Below, piece after piece: positions 1-9,509 of a stretch of 11,156 bases of DNA. How positions within the stretch are numbered: position 1 is the stretch's first letter; each line of letters starts with the position of its first letter. The notes beneath the pieces were generated by a model, which saw only the letters and a program-made list of their open reading frames with translations, made no database searches and had not been told where the DNA came from. Made by a program: the position numbers and the translations under genes. The DNA comes from Tubiluchus corallicola (Eukaryota > Animalia > Priapulida). The stretch lies in the NCBI GenBank assembly GCA_030141605.1, contig JAQGDQ010000066.1, positions 726,958 through 738,113 on the forward strand. Direction: 5' to 3'.

Positions 1-3
1 ATC

Positions 4-100
4 ATAAAACAAACCTGATATGATTATAACTGTCTAATATAATCACATATTGTTGCATATTTGTAAGGCTTGATTACCATTATTTAAAATTGGTGGCATA
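4..100 (+). repeat. Left arm of a perfect 97-bp inverted repeat (partner 6894-6990)
   Basis: ATAAAACAAACCTGATATG...AATTGGTGGCATA (4-100) is base-for-base the reverse complement of 6894-6990. Identity stops at 101/6893 and at 3/6991; only 3 nt are visible on the outer side. Confidence 0.97.
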
Positions 101-555
101 AATTGTATTGTGTAAAGTCCGACTGTGATTATATCCGCATGATATTTTCTGTCTGCAGTTGCTCCAGTCGATCTGTAGGTAGGTAATTCATCACATGGCC
201 TAGTTTAATTACAAATAAGTTACACCTTATTGGAGTTTCATAAACTGGTACATGTAGAATAGGGTCCTATGAGATATTATGATAGGAACTTGTTTGGAAA
301 GTAATGAGCTTTTCTTTCTCTGTTTCTGCTTTGTTAAACCAGCGTTTTTCTCCAGTAGTGCTAGTTGAGTTTTAATTTGAAGGATAAGAAACTGATTTAA
401 TTTTTGCATGATAATTCTCTTAAGTAGCTGATGTAGCCCATTTTGCAAAATGCAATGCATGGAATTTTGTAAAGATAGTCTCAGGGGAGACTGAAACCTT
501 CTTTAATTTCTAGATATTTGGAAAAAGATTTTGTGACCCATAATGATTTTTATAG

Positions 556-738
556 GTACTTGTAGTATATGTCAAATCATGGAACCATTTGGTCGTGACT
601 GTGTGGGTCCATATAAGTGGCGTGCTGAGCAAACCAAATCTTACCGTTCGGGTTGGAGATATAGACAGTACCCAAAATATCCTCCGGATCATTGGACGTT
701 TCAGTCCACATTGGAACTTCAAACTTTACCATTTCTTG
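556..738 (+). CDS. Internal exon of a polycystin-1-like (PKD1L-type) gene, TOP/polycystin domain
   Basis: Acceptor TTTTTATAG|GT at 555/556 and donor G|GTAAGA at 738/739; 183 nt, phase 1-1. Encodes (G)TCSICQIMEPFGRDCVGPYKWRAEQTKSYRSGW...HWTFQSTLELQTLPFL(G), which has the C..C...Y....E....Y..GW and W.F/YQS patterns of the polycystin TOP domain. Splices in frame to 1158. Confidence 0.9.
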
Positions 739-1157
739 GTAAGAAAGATTGCGTGATTTTTATGCCATTGTAATTATTGTTTTTATCTTAGTTGCTTGGA
801 ATGGTGCGTCAGTCACCTACAAGTGCTTTCTATGCTGCGCTCAGTGACATTAGATTGACCGTTACTGTATGCAGAAGATACAAGTTTTTTTTATTTCAAC
901 ATTTACTGGTTCTTAAACTAGTCAGTTTTACTAGTGTTTCCCTGACTAGTTTTGAATTTGTGATAATTAGTGATGCAGTTTATCAGGACTCTCATTCAAT
1001 AATCATATATTTTCGCTTGTGTTTCTAATGCAGCATTAATAAGGTTAAATGTAAATGGTATTGCTGATGTCAAGAGATATTTTTACGAGCAAGTAAAGTA
1101 TGCACATATAGGTAATTACTAACATAGTACTCATTATACTAATATTTGTGTTCACAG

Positions 1158-2284
1158 GTTTACTTGCACTCTACAGTGGTGGTGGTTATGTGGCTGAGCT
1201 AACACGTAACATCACACAAAACAAAGCTCTTATAACCTCTCTCATCGACTCAAGATGGATTGATGATTACACTCGTGCCTTAGCAATCGAGTTCACTTTG
1301 TTCAATTCCAACTCAAATCTGTTCAGCATTGTATCTTTGGTAGTGGAATTTAGTGGTACTGGTGGTGTTTTCTCAACTTATAAGATTTACACGTTGAATC
1401 TCATCAAGTATGTGCAGACGGTAGAGTGGAAACTAATGACAAGTGAAATTGCTTATTGCATATTACTAGCCATTTTCATCTTCAGGGAACTCCGTAAGCT
1501 TTATGACCTGCGCTTCAAGTATTTATCCCATTTTTGGAACTGGATAGAACTGTGTATTGTTTCATTGTCCATTACTGCTCTGGCACTGTTTGTAAAGAAA
1601 ACAATGCATGTTGACAAGCTTTTGGAAAAGCAGTCATCAGAGAAGGATGCTGCTTTCGCCAGTTTTTACCAAGCTGCCTTTTGGGATTTCACTTTGACTT
1701 ACATCCTAGCATTTTTGGTCATTTTAGTCACTTTGAAGCTTTGGAATATGTTATTGTTTAACAAGCCTTTGTTGAAACATTTTTTTGTGCTGTCGACATC
1801 ATTGTTTCCTGCTGCTAACTTTTGTTTCATGGTGATACTTGGCTTGTTACCTTTTGTTCTTTTTGGAATGATAGCGTTTGGCAGTAAAATGCAAGAATTC
1901 GGTAAATTTATATTAGCTTTTAGAACAATGGTGATTATGATTGTGAGAGGTAGTGAGTTCCGCTCCTTCGAGCTTGCCCATCCGTATCTGGGACCGGTGT
2001 TTTTTGTAATTTTTACTGTGATTGCTATAACTGTCGTGGTGAGCATGTTTCGTGCGATATTGCTTAATTCATATCATTCCGTCGTAGTGGACTGGAGGAA
2101 TCAATGGGCAGAGTATGACGTTTTTGTCTATATAGCTGTAGCTGCTGAGCGACTACAGACGAAGCTAACTAGTAGATTTCGGCAACGAAAGGAAAGCATT
2201 TATGTTGAGTCCATGATCTCCTTATACCGTGATAGTGATAGCTACAGCAGAAGGAACACAATATCTGAATCCGAATCATCTTAA
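1158..2284 (+). CDS. Terminal coding exon of the polycystin-1-like gene: end of TOP domain, PKD channel helices S2-S6 and short C-tail
   Basis: Acceptor TTCACAG|GT at 1157/1158 (phase 1, 419-nt intron 739-1157); stop TAA 2282-2284. Motifs YSGGGYVAEL, WIDDYTRALAIEFTLFNSNSNLFS, YLSHFWNWIEL and AHPYLGPVFF are characteristic of the polycystin cation-channel domain. The ORF-track start at 1148 is intronic. Exact orthology cannot be assigned without a phylogeny. Confidence 0.93.
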
Positions 2285-2421
2285 GTTTTGCAAAATGTTA
2301 TATACAAACTTTTGATGATTGTTAAAGTTTGATAGAATTGTAGCTTGTTGTGTTAACTTGTACTGAAATTTTTTATATGTATGACTTTTAGAACTCAGTG
2401 TTTTGGTGATTAACAAATATT

Positions 2422-2427
2422 ATTAAA
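2422..2427 (+). terminator. Possible polyadenylation signal (ATTAAA) for the terminal exon
   Basis: ATTAAA about 140 nt after the stop codon, followed by T-rich sequence. The hexamer is common in AT-rich DNA. Confidence 0.3.
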
Positions 2428-2739
2428 TAGGATATTAGACTGATTTATTTTTAAATAATTCACCTGAATTTATGAAAGTGTATGAAAGATTGCAAGCCTA
2501 CATTAATTTTTCCCTCTAGATTAACTTAAACCAAAAAATGTTAACACATAAAGCAATTTTATTGAAGGTGTCAGTAATTCCACTGAAAAAATTACATTAA
2601 ATTAAATTGAATTACTGAAAAATTGTGAAATGTTTCTGTACGAAATGGTTGAAATTTGAACCATTAAAAATATTTGCAATTCAGTCTAAAAAACCGTTTA
2701 ACGGTTAACATACAAAAGCCACTTATGACCAAAGCCTGT

Positions 2740-2960
2740 TCTACCTCGCACAGTTCTTTTTTCGTCGGTCGCACCTACATATGAACTGTTCTCTTACAAT
2801 TGTGTCCTTTGGAAAACGTAAAAAGGCTCTTGAGCGGCACAAGACAGCCTGGTAATGACACAAACAGGAATGACCGGAAATCCGAAAACAATTTACCACA
2901 CTGCAACTATAATGCTGCGCGGCTAGAGAAACTTGTGACGTCAAACAAAAGTACCTTTCG
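2740..2960. promoter_or_regulatory. CpG-richer patch with CRE palindrome and ETS-like site; possible promoter/enhancer or TE relic
   Basis: TGACGTCA at 2936-2943, ACCGGAAA at 2873-2880, and locally more GC/CpG than the flanks. Confidence 0.25.
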
Positions 2961-3230
2961 GAGGCTGTAATACGTTACTAATTTTTTCGACAGTCGCATA
3001 CATAGTGGAATGAAGTTTTGAGGACATAAGTGTAATTTGAGCTTAACATTAAAAACTCGTTCAGCACTGCTTATATGTCTTCAAATCAAATTACAACTCG
3101 CTCGATCACGAGCACGTTATTATAAAATAATGTTTTCCAATAATGCATTAAAACTAACAGAAAGTATATTTTTTTTTAACTTTCCAGTGTTGTTTTTGAT
3201 ATTTATTCTTTAAATAAAGTCTAATCGCAG

Positions 3231-3470
3231 GTGTTGGATTTTTCTAATAAAAATTTTATACAATTTTATTATTATAGTAGTACTGCTAATTTAAACAATA
3301 ATTGTGCATTACTAAATTAAATTCATAATGTATTGTTTGAATTAGCAGTTATGTAACAATATATATAAGATGCATCGAGTTTTTAAATTCTTTATATCAA
3401 GAACAAAATCCGTTTCGTACCTACTATAACAATAAAATTGTATTAAATTGTTATTAGAAAAATCTAATGC
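3231..3470. mobile_element. Fold-back / MITE-like element with about 50-bp imperfect inverted arms
   Basis: 3231-3280 matches the reverse complement of 3421-3470 at 44/50 positions, with a 140-bp AT-rich spacer. No clear TSD. Confidence 0.7.
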
Positions 3471-3896
3471 ACGCTAGCACTCATCGCCAGGAATTACATT
3501 CAAATCCGCATATAGTCTGCATTTTTAGCTAAAAAATCTTGGTTTCAATAAACAAAGATATTTTAAATCAGTGGAATATGCGCCCTGTTGCAGTATGTCT
3601 ACTGGATGGTTTTATTTTCATTGGTTAATTACAACTGTATTTGATGTTATTAATGTGGCATTAATATTTTTAATAGCAAATAAAAATTTTTATTACTACT
3701 GCTGCTGCTATTACTACTAGCACAGTTGTACGTATGTTTAATGATTAATGAAGCTAATTATTATTATTTTTTGTTATTTAACTTGGTAGCTTGTGATGAG
3801 TGTCAGCTTCTTTTCGCAGTAATTTTCTTCCCGCAATGCGCACATGGTTATCTATCGCGCGTGGACAACATTAATGAAAATTATAATTCACAAAAA

Positions 3897-4016
3897 CCGA
3901 TCCGCCTTTTGGGTCCGCATTGTTCCTGATATTCAATAGTAGATCCGCAGTCCGATCCTATCCGCAAATTGTAGGTCTTGGTCTGATCCGGTGCGCACGT
4001 GATCTTCTCATCACTG
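3897..4016. mobile_element. Probable end fragment of a hAT-type non-autonomous DNA transposon
   Basis: Six TCCG cores (GATCCG / ATCCGCA variants) in about 95 bp, ending in CTCATCACTG (reverse complement CAGTGATGAG, resembling hAT termini). Partner end not found. Confidence 0.4.
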
Positions 4017-4055
4017 ATTCATAGTAGTAATTGCGTAAGCTTTGCATGAACATCT

Positions 4056-4619
4056 TTTTCTAAGCGCCAAAGATGACATTAAAAGCAGAAAGCAAAAAGC
4101 AATGCATGCTTTTCTTCAGCACAAGAATCTATTAACTAGGAAAAAAATTAAGTCTTAACGTAAGACTTCGATTATTTAATGCTTACGTTACCAGCATATT
4201 TATGTACAACAGTGAAACTTGGGGTTTAATGATTATTCAAGAAAAGGCGATTGACACATTTCATAGAAGTCTCCTTAAAAAGTTTTAAAGATAAGATGGC
4301 CACAGAATCAAAAGCGAAGATTTATACACCAAAACAAATGAAAGTTTTTGGAGTTCAAAAGTCAAGATCCGAAGATTAAGATGGCTATGACATCTAAGAT
4401 TACCAAATGAAGCACCAGTAAGATCGCCCTAAAACCTTGCAAAAAAAACCTGGTAAACCTAAAACAACTTGGATAACTAAGATGAATAAAGATGTTCGAC
4501 AACTTCAACCAAATCTATCTTTAGGAGAAGAAGTTACGCTGCGAGCTGCAGATAAAAGAGGGTGGAATACTCTGATAAAATACCTCAATGCCTACAACAG
4601 GTGAAATGACATTTTGATG
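4056..4619 (+). mobile_element. 5'-truncated, decayed RTE-clade non-LTR retrotransposon (3' end of the RT ORF)
   Basis: Frameshifted translation DDIKSRKQKAMHAF...LSLNVRLRLFNAYVTSIFMYNSETW...IRWP...EDLY...RRLRWL*HL...PGKPKTTW...AADKRGWNTLI, with stop TGA 4602-4604 and a short (TGA)n tail. Flanked by a 10-bp target-site duplication ATGAACATCT (4046-4055 and 4620-4629). Confidence 0.9.
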
Positions 4620-4647
4620 ATGAACATCTAATGCGACGGTTGCGACG

Positions 4648-4781
4648 CTGATTGGCTGACGAACTCAGCGTCACGGCTGCCTAGCAACTGTCTGTAGCAG
4701 ACTGCAGCCAAGGTTTTTTGTCTGATATATGAGTTGTTTCCGGTCAGTCACTTCTTTAGTTTCGGTGCGGGGAAGGTAAGT
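4648..4781 (+). promoter_or_regulatory. Candidate Pol II promoter and short non-coding first exon
   Basis: Reverse CCAAT box CTGATTGGCT (4648-4657); RFX X-box-like GCTGCCTAGCAAC (4676-4688); ETS TTTCCGGT (4737-4744); Inr-like TCAGTC (4744-4749); consensus donor AAG|GTAAGT at 4775/4776. A matching branch point CACTAAC (5559-5565) and acceptor TTTTTTAG| (5586) lie downstream. Confidence 0.55.
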
Positions 4782-5036
4782 GGTATAGCTCAATAACCGA
4801 GTTATTTTTTTAACTTATGAGATAAAATAAATTTTCAAGCAAAAAATGTTGAAAGCTTAGATTTTACATTTCCGAAAATACGTCCAGGAAAGTAAGCTGG
4901 GAAGACAAAAAATATGTAGATCAAATAACTTCTGTTTTGAGCGTCTTGTATTAAAGTGTGAAATCCATCAAATGGAATTTGAATCGCGTTCAACATTGGG
5001 GTTGTCATATTTTATTTTTTGCGTTCTGACCACAAT

Positions 5037-5495
<459 letters not shown>

Positions 5496-5728
5496 ACCAC
5501 AATGGTTGTGCCTGGGTGTACAGCAAGTACCCGTTTTGTTTAATGAGATGTTTTATGTCACTAACAGCTGATAAAACATTTTTTAGGTTTTCATCCAGTC
5601 AGGTTTAAAAGTGTCGCATTCTATACAATTGTTATGTGCCACGATTTTCCTACACATATAATCTGCCTATAGCTCCCTTCTTCTAGCATGACCTCATTAC
5701 CTACCCTGCTTAGTTCCCACTCATGCAT

Positions 5729-5810
5729 ACCAAATTACCACACTGCGAAAATGCCAATTCTGCCACACTACCAACTCACCACACTGCCAAACTGCTTGAT
5801 TAAGTTTGGC
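5729..5810. repeat. Degenerate 8-bp tandem repeat (RCCAMACT x about 8) ending in a small hairpin
   Basis: ACCAAATT ACCACACT GCGAAAAT GCCAATTCT GCCACACT ACCAACTC ACCACACT GCCAAACT, then an inverted unit AGTTTGGC at 5803-5810. Confidence 0.55.
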
Positions 5811-6117
5811 TGCTGGAATTGGTGAAAAATGAAATATATCAATGTATTAAACCAAGAGCACAAGACGAAATAGAAATAAAAGCGAAACTTAGGTTTTCTT
5901 GAGTTATGGAGATTACAGGGTTAAAAATGTATGTGAATGTAATGAAGTGAGTGAGAGTGGTATTTGCAGGTAAACTGAGTACAATGGTGGTTAAAATGCA
6001 CTTAATGTACTTAATAAAAATTATTTCAAAGAAGTTTGGAACACAATGAAATTTAGTAATTTAACCCCGAGAATGGTGATCTTAATTAACGTCACTCTGA
6101 TTTTCAAGTTGGTATTC

Positions 6118-6752
6118 GTTGTGTAAAACACACATTTTTGTAGCAAATATGTTCTTCAAATGACCATATTCCCAATTCTGATATAAACCTCCATTAGCTC
6201 GTAGTTTTAAGCATTCCCAACGTAATTCTTAAATTGACTTACCTTGAGTGCTTTCCGTTTCATCTAATTCATTTTTTCATGTTTGACCAAGTTTCAGAGT
6301 TATAGATTAATGTTGGTATTGCAAGTGAGTCAAAAAGTTTTAATTTTTGTTTCTACTGACATTATTCCGATATTATCAACATTTGCTAAGGAGTTAATAT
6401 AGCTTATTTTAAATTTGTTGTTCTCTTTTCACTTTTCTGTTAACTGCTTATAAGTATCTTTATGTATAGCTTTGTGTTTCATGAATTTTCCCTTTGGTAA
6501 GTTTTTCTTTTAGTGGAAAAATTCTTTTCTTTCTAGTCATCATTGTTTGCATTGACTGTGTTTTTAACACTGACCTTTAGTCTTTCTAATTCTTCAGTTT
6601 TTCTACAATTTTTAACCAGTCATTTAATAGTATATACATTACTAGATATCATCTACATATATCATCATTTCTGTTTCAAGCACAGGAGTTATTATTGTTT
6701 GCACTTTTTCAAAATAATTTATTCTGTTCACTGTTGCACAGCACAACAGTGA
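6118..6752 (-). mobile_element. Decayed non-LTR retrotransposon (LINE) reverse-transcriptase fragment
   Basis: Minus-strand translation with stops and frameshifts: LLCCATVNRINYFEKVQTIITPVLETEMMIYVDDI (YVDD at 6659-6648) ... IGIMSVETKI/KLFDSLAIPTLIYNSETWSNM...ELDETESTQGK...LRITLGMLKTT..ISELGIWSFEEHICYK. This is an RT catalytic motif plus the LINE thumb region. Boundaries are approximate. Confidence 0.85.
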
Positions 6753-6893
6753 GTGTGTTTTCACTTTCAGCTGCTAAAAACTTAAAATCAGGGGTGAAGC
6801 TAGATTCTAAAGTTAGCGGAAGCAAGCACATAAAAAGCGTTGTGACACGTACCAAGAAGGTGCTGTGGCAAATGAAGCAATTATATTTTCGTC

Positions 6894-6990
6894 TATGCCA
6901 CCAATTTTAAATAATGGTAATCAAGCCTTACAAATATGCAACAATATGTGATTATATTAGACAGTTATAATCATATCAGGTTTGTTTTAT
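6894..6990 (-). repeat. Right arm of the perfect 97-bp inverted repeat; intronic, starting 50 nt after the donor of exon 7206-7041
   Basis: Exact reverse complement of 4-100. Confidence 0.97.
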
Positions 6991-7040
6991 CGTATGACAG
7001 CTCCAATAGAGGATTTCAGGCAAAGAATTACTGTACTCAC

Positions 7041-7206
7041 CATCACTAGCTCTCAGTTGTCGTAACCTCGGCACACTTACAAGCCAACTAACCAGATCAG
7101 TGGCAAACCCTTCAGGAGCAGCTTTACCATTATACAAATAATCCGGAAATAAGCTTGGCTCTAACGTGTTGTTTATGTAATCCCACATAGTTGCAACATC
7201 CTTTAC
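7041..7206 (-). CDS. Internal exon of the polycystin-1-like gene (first half of TOP domain)
   Basis: Acceptor TTGATTAG| at 7207/7206 and donor G|GTGAGT at 7041/7040; 166 nt, phase 0-1. Encodes VKDVATMWDYINNTLEPSLFPDYLYNGKAAPEGFATDLVSWLVSVPRLRQLRASD(G), with the polycystin hallmark PRLRQLR. Confidence 0.92.
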
Positions 7207-7396
7207 CTAATCAAGTCATAAATACATAACTTATTAAACAAAGATGAATTTAATCACACTGTAACATAAGTTTACCAGATTCTCATTCAAGGTTACCTAT
7301 GCTGGGTTTGGAGAGTTTTACAGTGTCTACTCAGCAATAACGTAACAATCTTTCAACTGTCTCAAGTAGTAATAGAAAAATGATAAAAACACTTAC

Positions 7397-7472
7397 ATCA
7401 GTAAATTTTGTTTTCCCGCAATAAGCTGCGTTGATCACAACATCTTTTACGGTTTTTGTCACCATGAAAGAC
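7397..7472 (-). CDS. Internal exon of the polycystin-1-like gene (start of TOP domain)
   Basis: Acceptor TTTACAG| at 7473/7472 and donor |GTAAGT at 7396; 76 nt, phase 2-0. Encodes (R)SFMVTKTVKDVVINAAYCGKTKFTD. Phases fit both neighbouring exons. Confidence 0.85.
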
Positions 7473-7860
7473 CTGTAAATTGCAATTGCAAATAATGCCA
7501 TGCCTATATAAGTTCAACGAAAAGCAATCAAGTGCCAAAACTTTTAAATGTAAATAGGTACCAGATAGGAAGTTACAAGCACACAGGCTTCCAGCTGAAG
7601 CAAGTAGATAGAATGATTCTATCGGCTCTGTGTGGTTTATGACTCAAAAGTTGAGAGTTCTACTCTGCAGTTGGATAACATCAGATATTAAAAAATTTTC
7701 TTATGTCTCTCATTAGCACGAAGACGATGTTCTTGGTTAATATAGTTGCATATAAGTAAAAATGGACAGAAAAAAATGCACTGTGAATGTCGCTTTTGTC
7801 CAAGTGTGCTACATAGGCTGGTCTTATGGTTAAACAGGCAAAACAATTGCTAATGTTTAC

Positions 7861-8040
7861 CTGGCATCCCGAAAATAATACACAATGTTTGACAGCATCA
7901 TGATGAAAAAACCGAACATAAACAATTCTCTGATTAAGCGATGCATCTTTCGTTGGCGCTTTCTCTCCTTTCTATCTTTGGACAGCTTCCCTTCATCGGG
8001 TGGATTATAAAGTTCTGTGGTATCACGCGTCTGCATATGT
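7861..8040 (-). CDS. Internal exon of the polycystin-1-like gene (pre-S1 helix and S1)
   Basis: Acceptor TTGAAACAG| at 8041/8040 and donor AG|GTAAAC at 7861/7860; 180 nt, phase 2-2. Encodes HMQTRDTTELYNPPDEGKLSKDRKERKRQRKMHRLIRELFMFGFFIMMLSNIVYYFRDA(R), the Y.PP...R..R...KM..LIRE + TM + RD pattern of PKD1-like proteins. Confidence 0.88.
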
Positions 8041-9185
8041 CTGTTTCAAGTAATCATAAAACAAAAAACATGCATAAAGCTACAGTTGGTAGAAGATTTT
8101 TTGATATCAGCAAAAAAATGTTGAAAAATGTTTAGTTTACTTAAAAAACTACACAAATTTTAGTACAAAAAGGCATGTAAAGTAGAGCACACTGCTTAAA
8201 GTAGTAAACAGATATTGCATCAAATTTACTACTTTAAACAGTTTTCGTAAGTCACTCACAAGACGATTAGACTATAATTAGTAATAAAGAATAAGAACTG
8301 TTAAACACTATATTTATGACCTTGTAACTGTTAATTAGATGTTTATGCCTACGATAAACCAGAAGAGTCTAGCATCAGCATCCAGTCTACTAGCAGCGAG
8401 CAGCGAGATGCATTCAGTAGAGTGCATAAAACCATAGATTTGTGGTGATGACACATCACAGATTAATGAATCAAATGCTGGAAAATAAGTGTTCCCATTT
8501 TTCAGCCATTTCACATCATGTGTCTACTGGGCAGACAAAAAGCCTGCAATGGCGAGACATACTACTGTAAACAATAAGTCATCAGGAGAAATTTAAACAG
8601 GATTCGGATTTTGTGTACGTGCCTCCGTCCTCACATCTTACCAAGAGAAGGTAGAAAAATGATCATAAGCCACTGAATTCAAGCCACAGAAACTTTCTTA
8701 CTAAACTACCACTCAAGAATACCACTTATATAAGAACACTCATTCACTAGATCTTAATGGCCCCATCTTCGAATAGCATCTTCCTAACATAACTTTCACA
8801 AGCTTAAGCGATCTATGCCAAAAACCTATTCCAGTAGGGTACGAAGAGTACCTCACAAATCATGAACAGCTGCTTCTTAGTAATTGAAAAACACTAAAGC
8901 ATAGCGTAAAAGGAATATTACACAGACTAAGAAAAGTATTATTATTTGTAACAACATTCATTAAACACTGATTGATAACCAACTGATCACATTTGAAATC
9001 AGCAGCAGCTTCAAGTTTTTGAAAAAAACGTGTTTTTATAAGACAGCACAATATGTGTACTATATAAAATTCATTTGAAATATTTAAGTTCGATTTGTTT
9101 AATTACTTTAACTATTACATTATGTTCTCTTATAATTTTATTATGCTATTTCCGTTGTAGAATTTTTTACTTTGTTAGTTTTATG

Positions 9186-9509
<324 letters not shown>

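Noticed and set aside
227-460. 77-aa minus-strand ORF
   Set aside because: Lies in intronic sequence; no recognisable motif or convincing splice structure.
510-722. 70-aa minus-strand ORF
   Set aside because: Antisense shadow of exon 556-738.
1699-2046. 115-aa minus-strand ORF
   Set aside because: Antisense shadow of the hydrophobic terminal exon.
2571-2618. 10-bp inverted repeat TCAGTAATTC / GAATTACTGA
   Set aside because: Short, AT-rich and widely spaced; near chance expectation.
6237-6310. Minus-strand AAG|GTAAGT donor as a possible continuing polycystin exon
   Set aside because: Falls inside the decayed LINE frame (STQGK); no polycystin similarity.
6543-6910. Two + strand ORFs (69 and 71 aa)
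   Set aside because: Antisense to the LINE relic and breakpoint-adjacent DNA; no motifs.
8031-8033. Alternative acceptor ATGCAG giving an exon start at 8030
   Set aside because: Phase 0 does not match the phase-2 donor at 11087; the first AG (8041) does.
8341-8887. Higher-complexity stretch that looks like a decayed + strand coding sequence
   Set aside because: Several stops and frame changes with no motif I can recognise; BLASTX would be needed to call it a pseudogene or TE.
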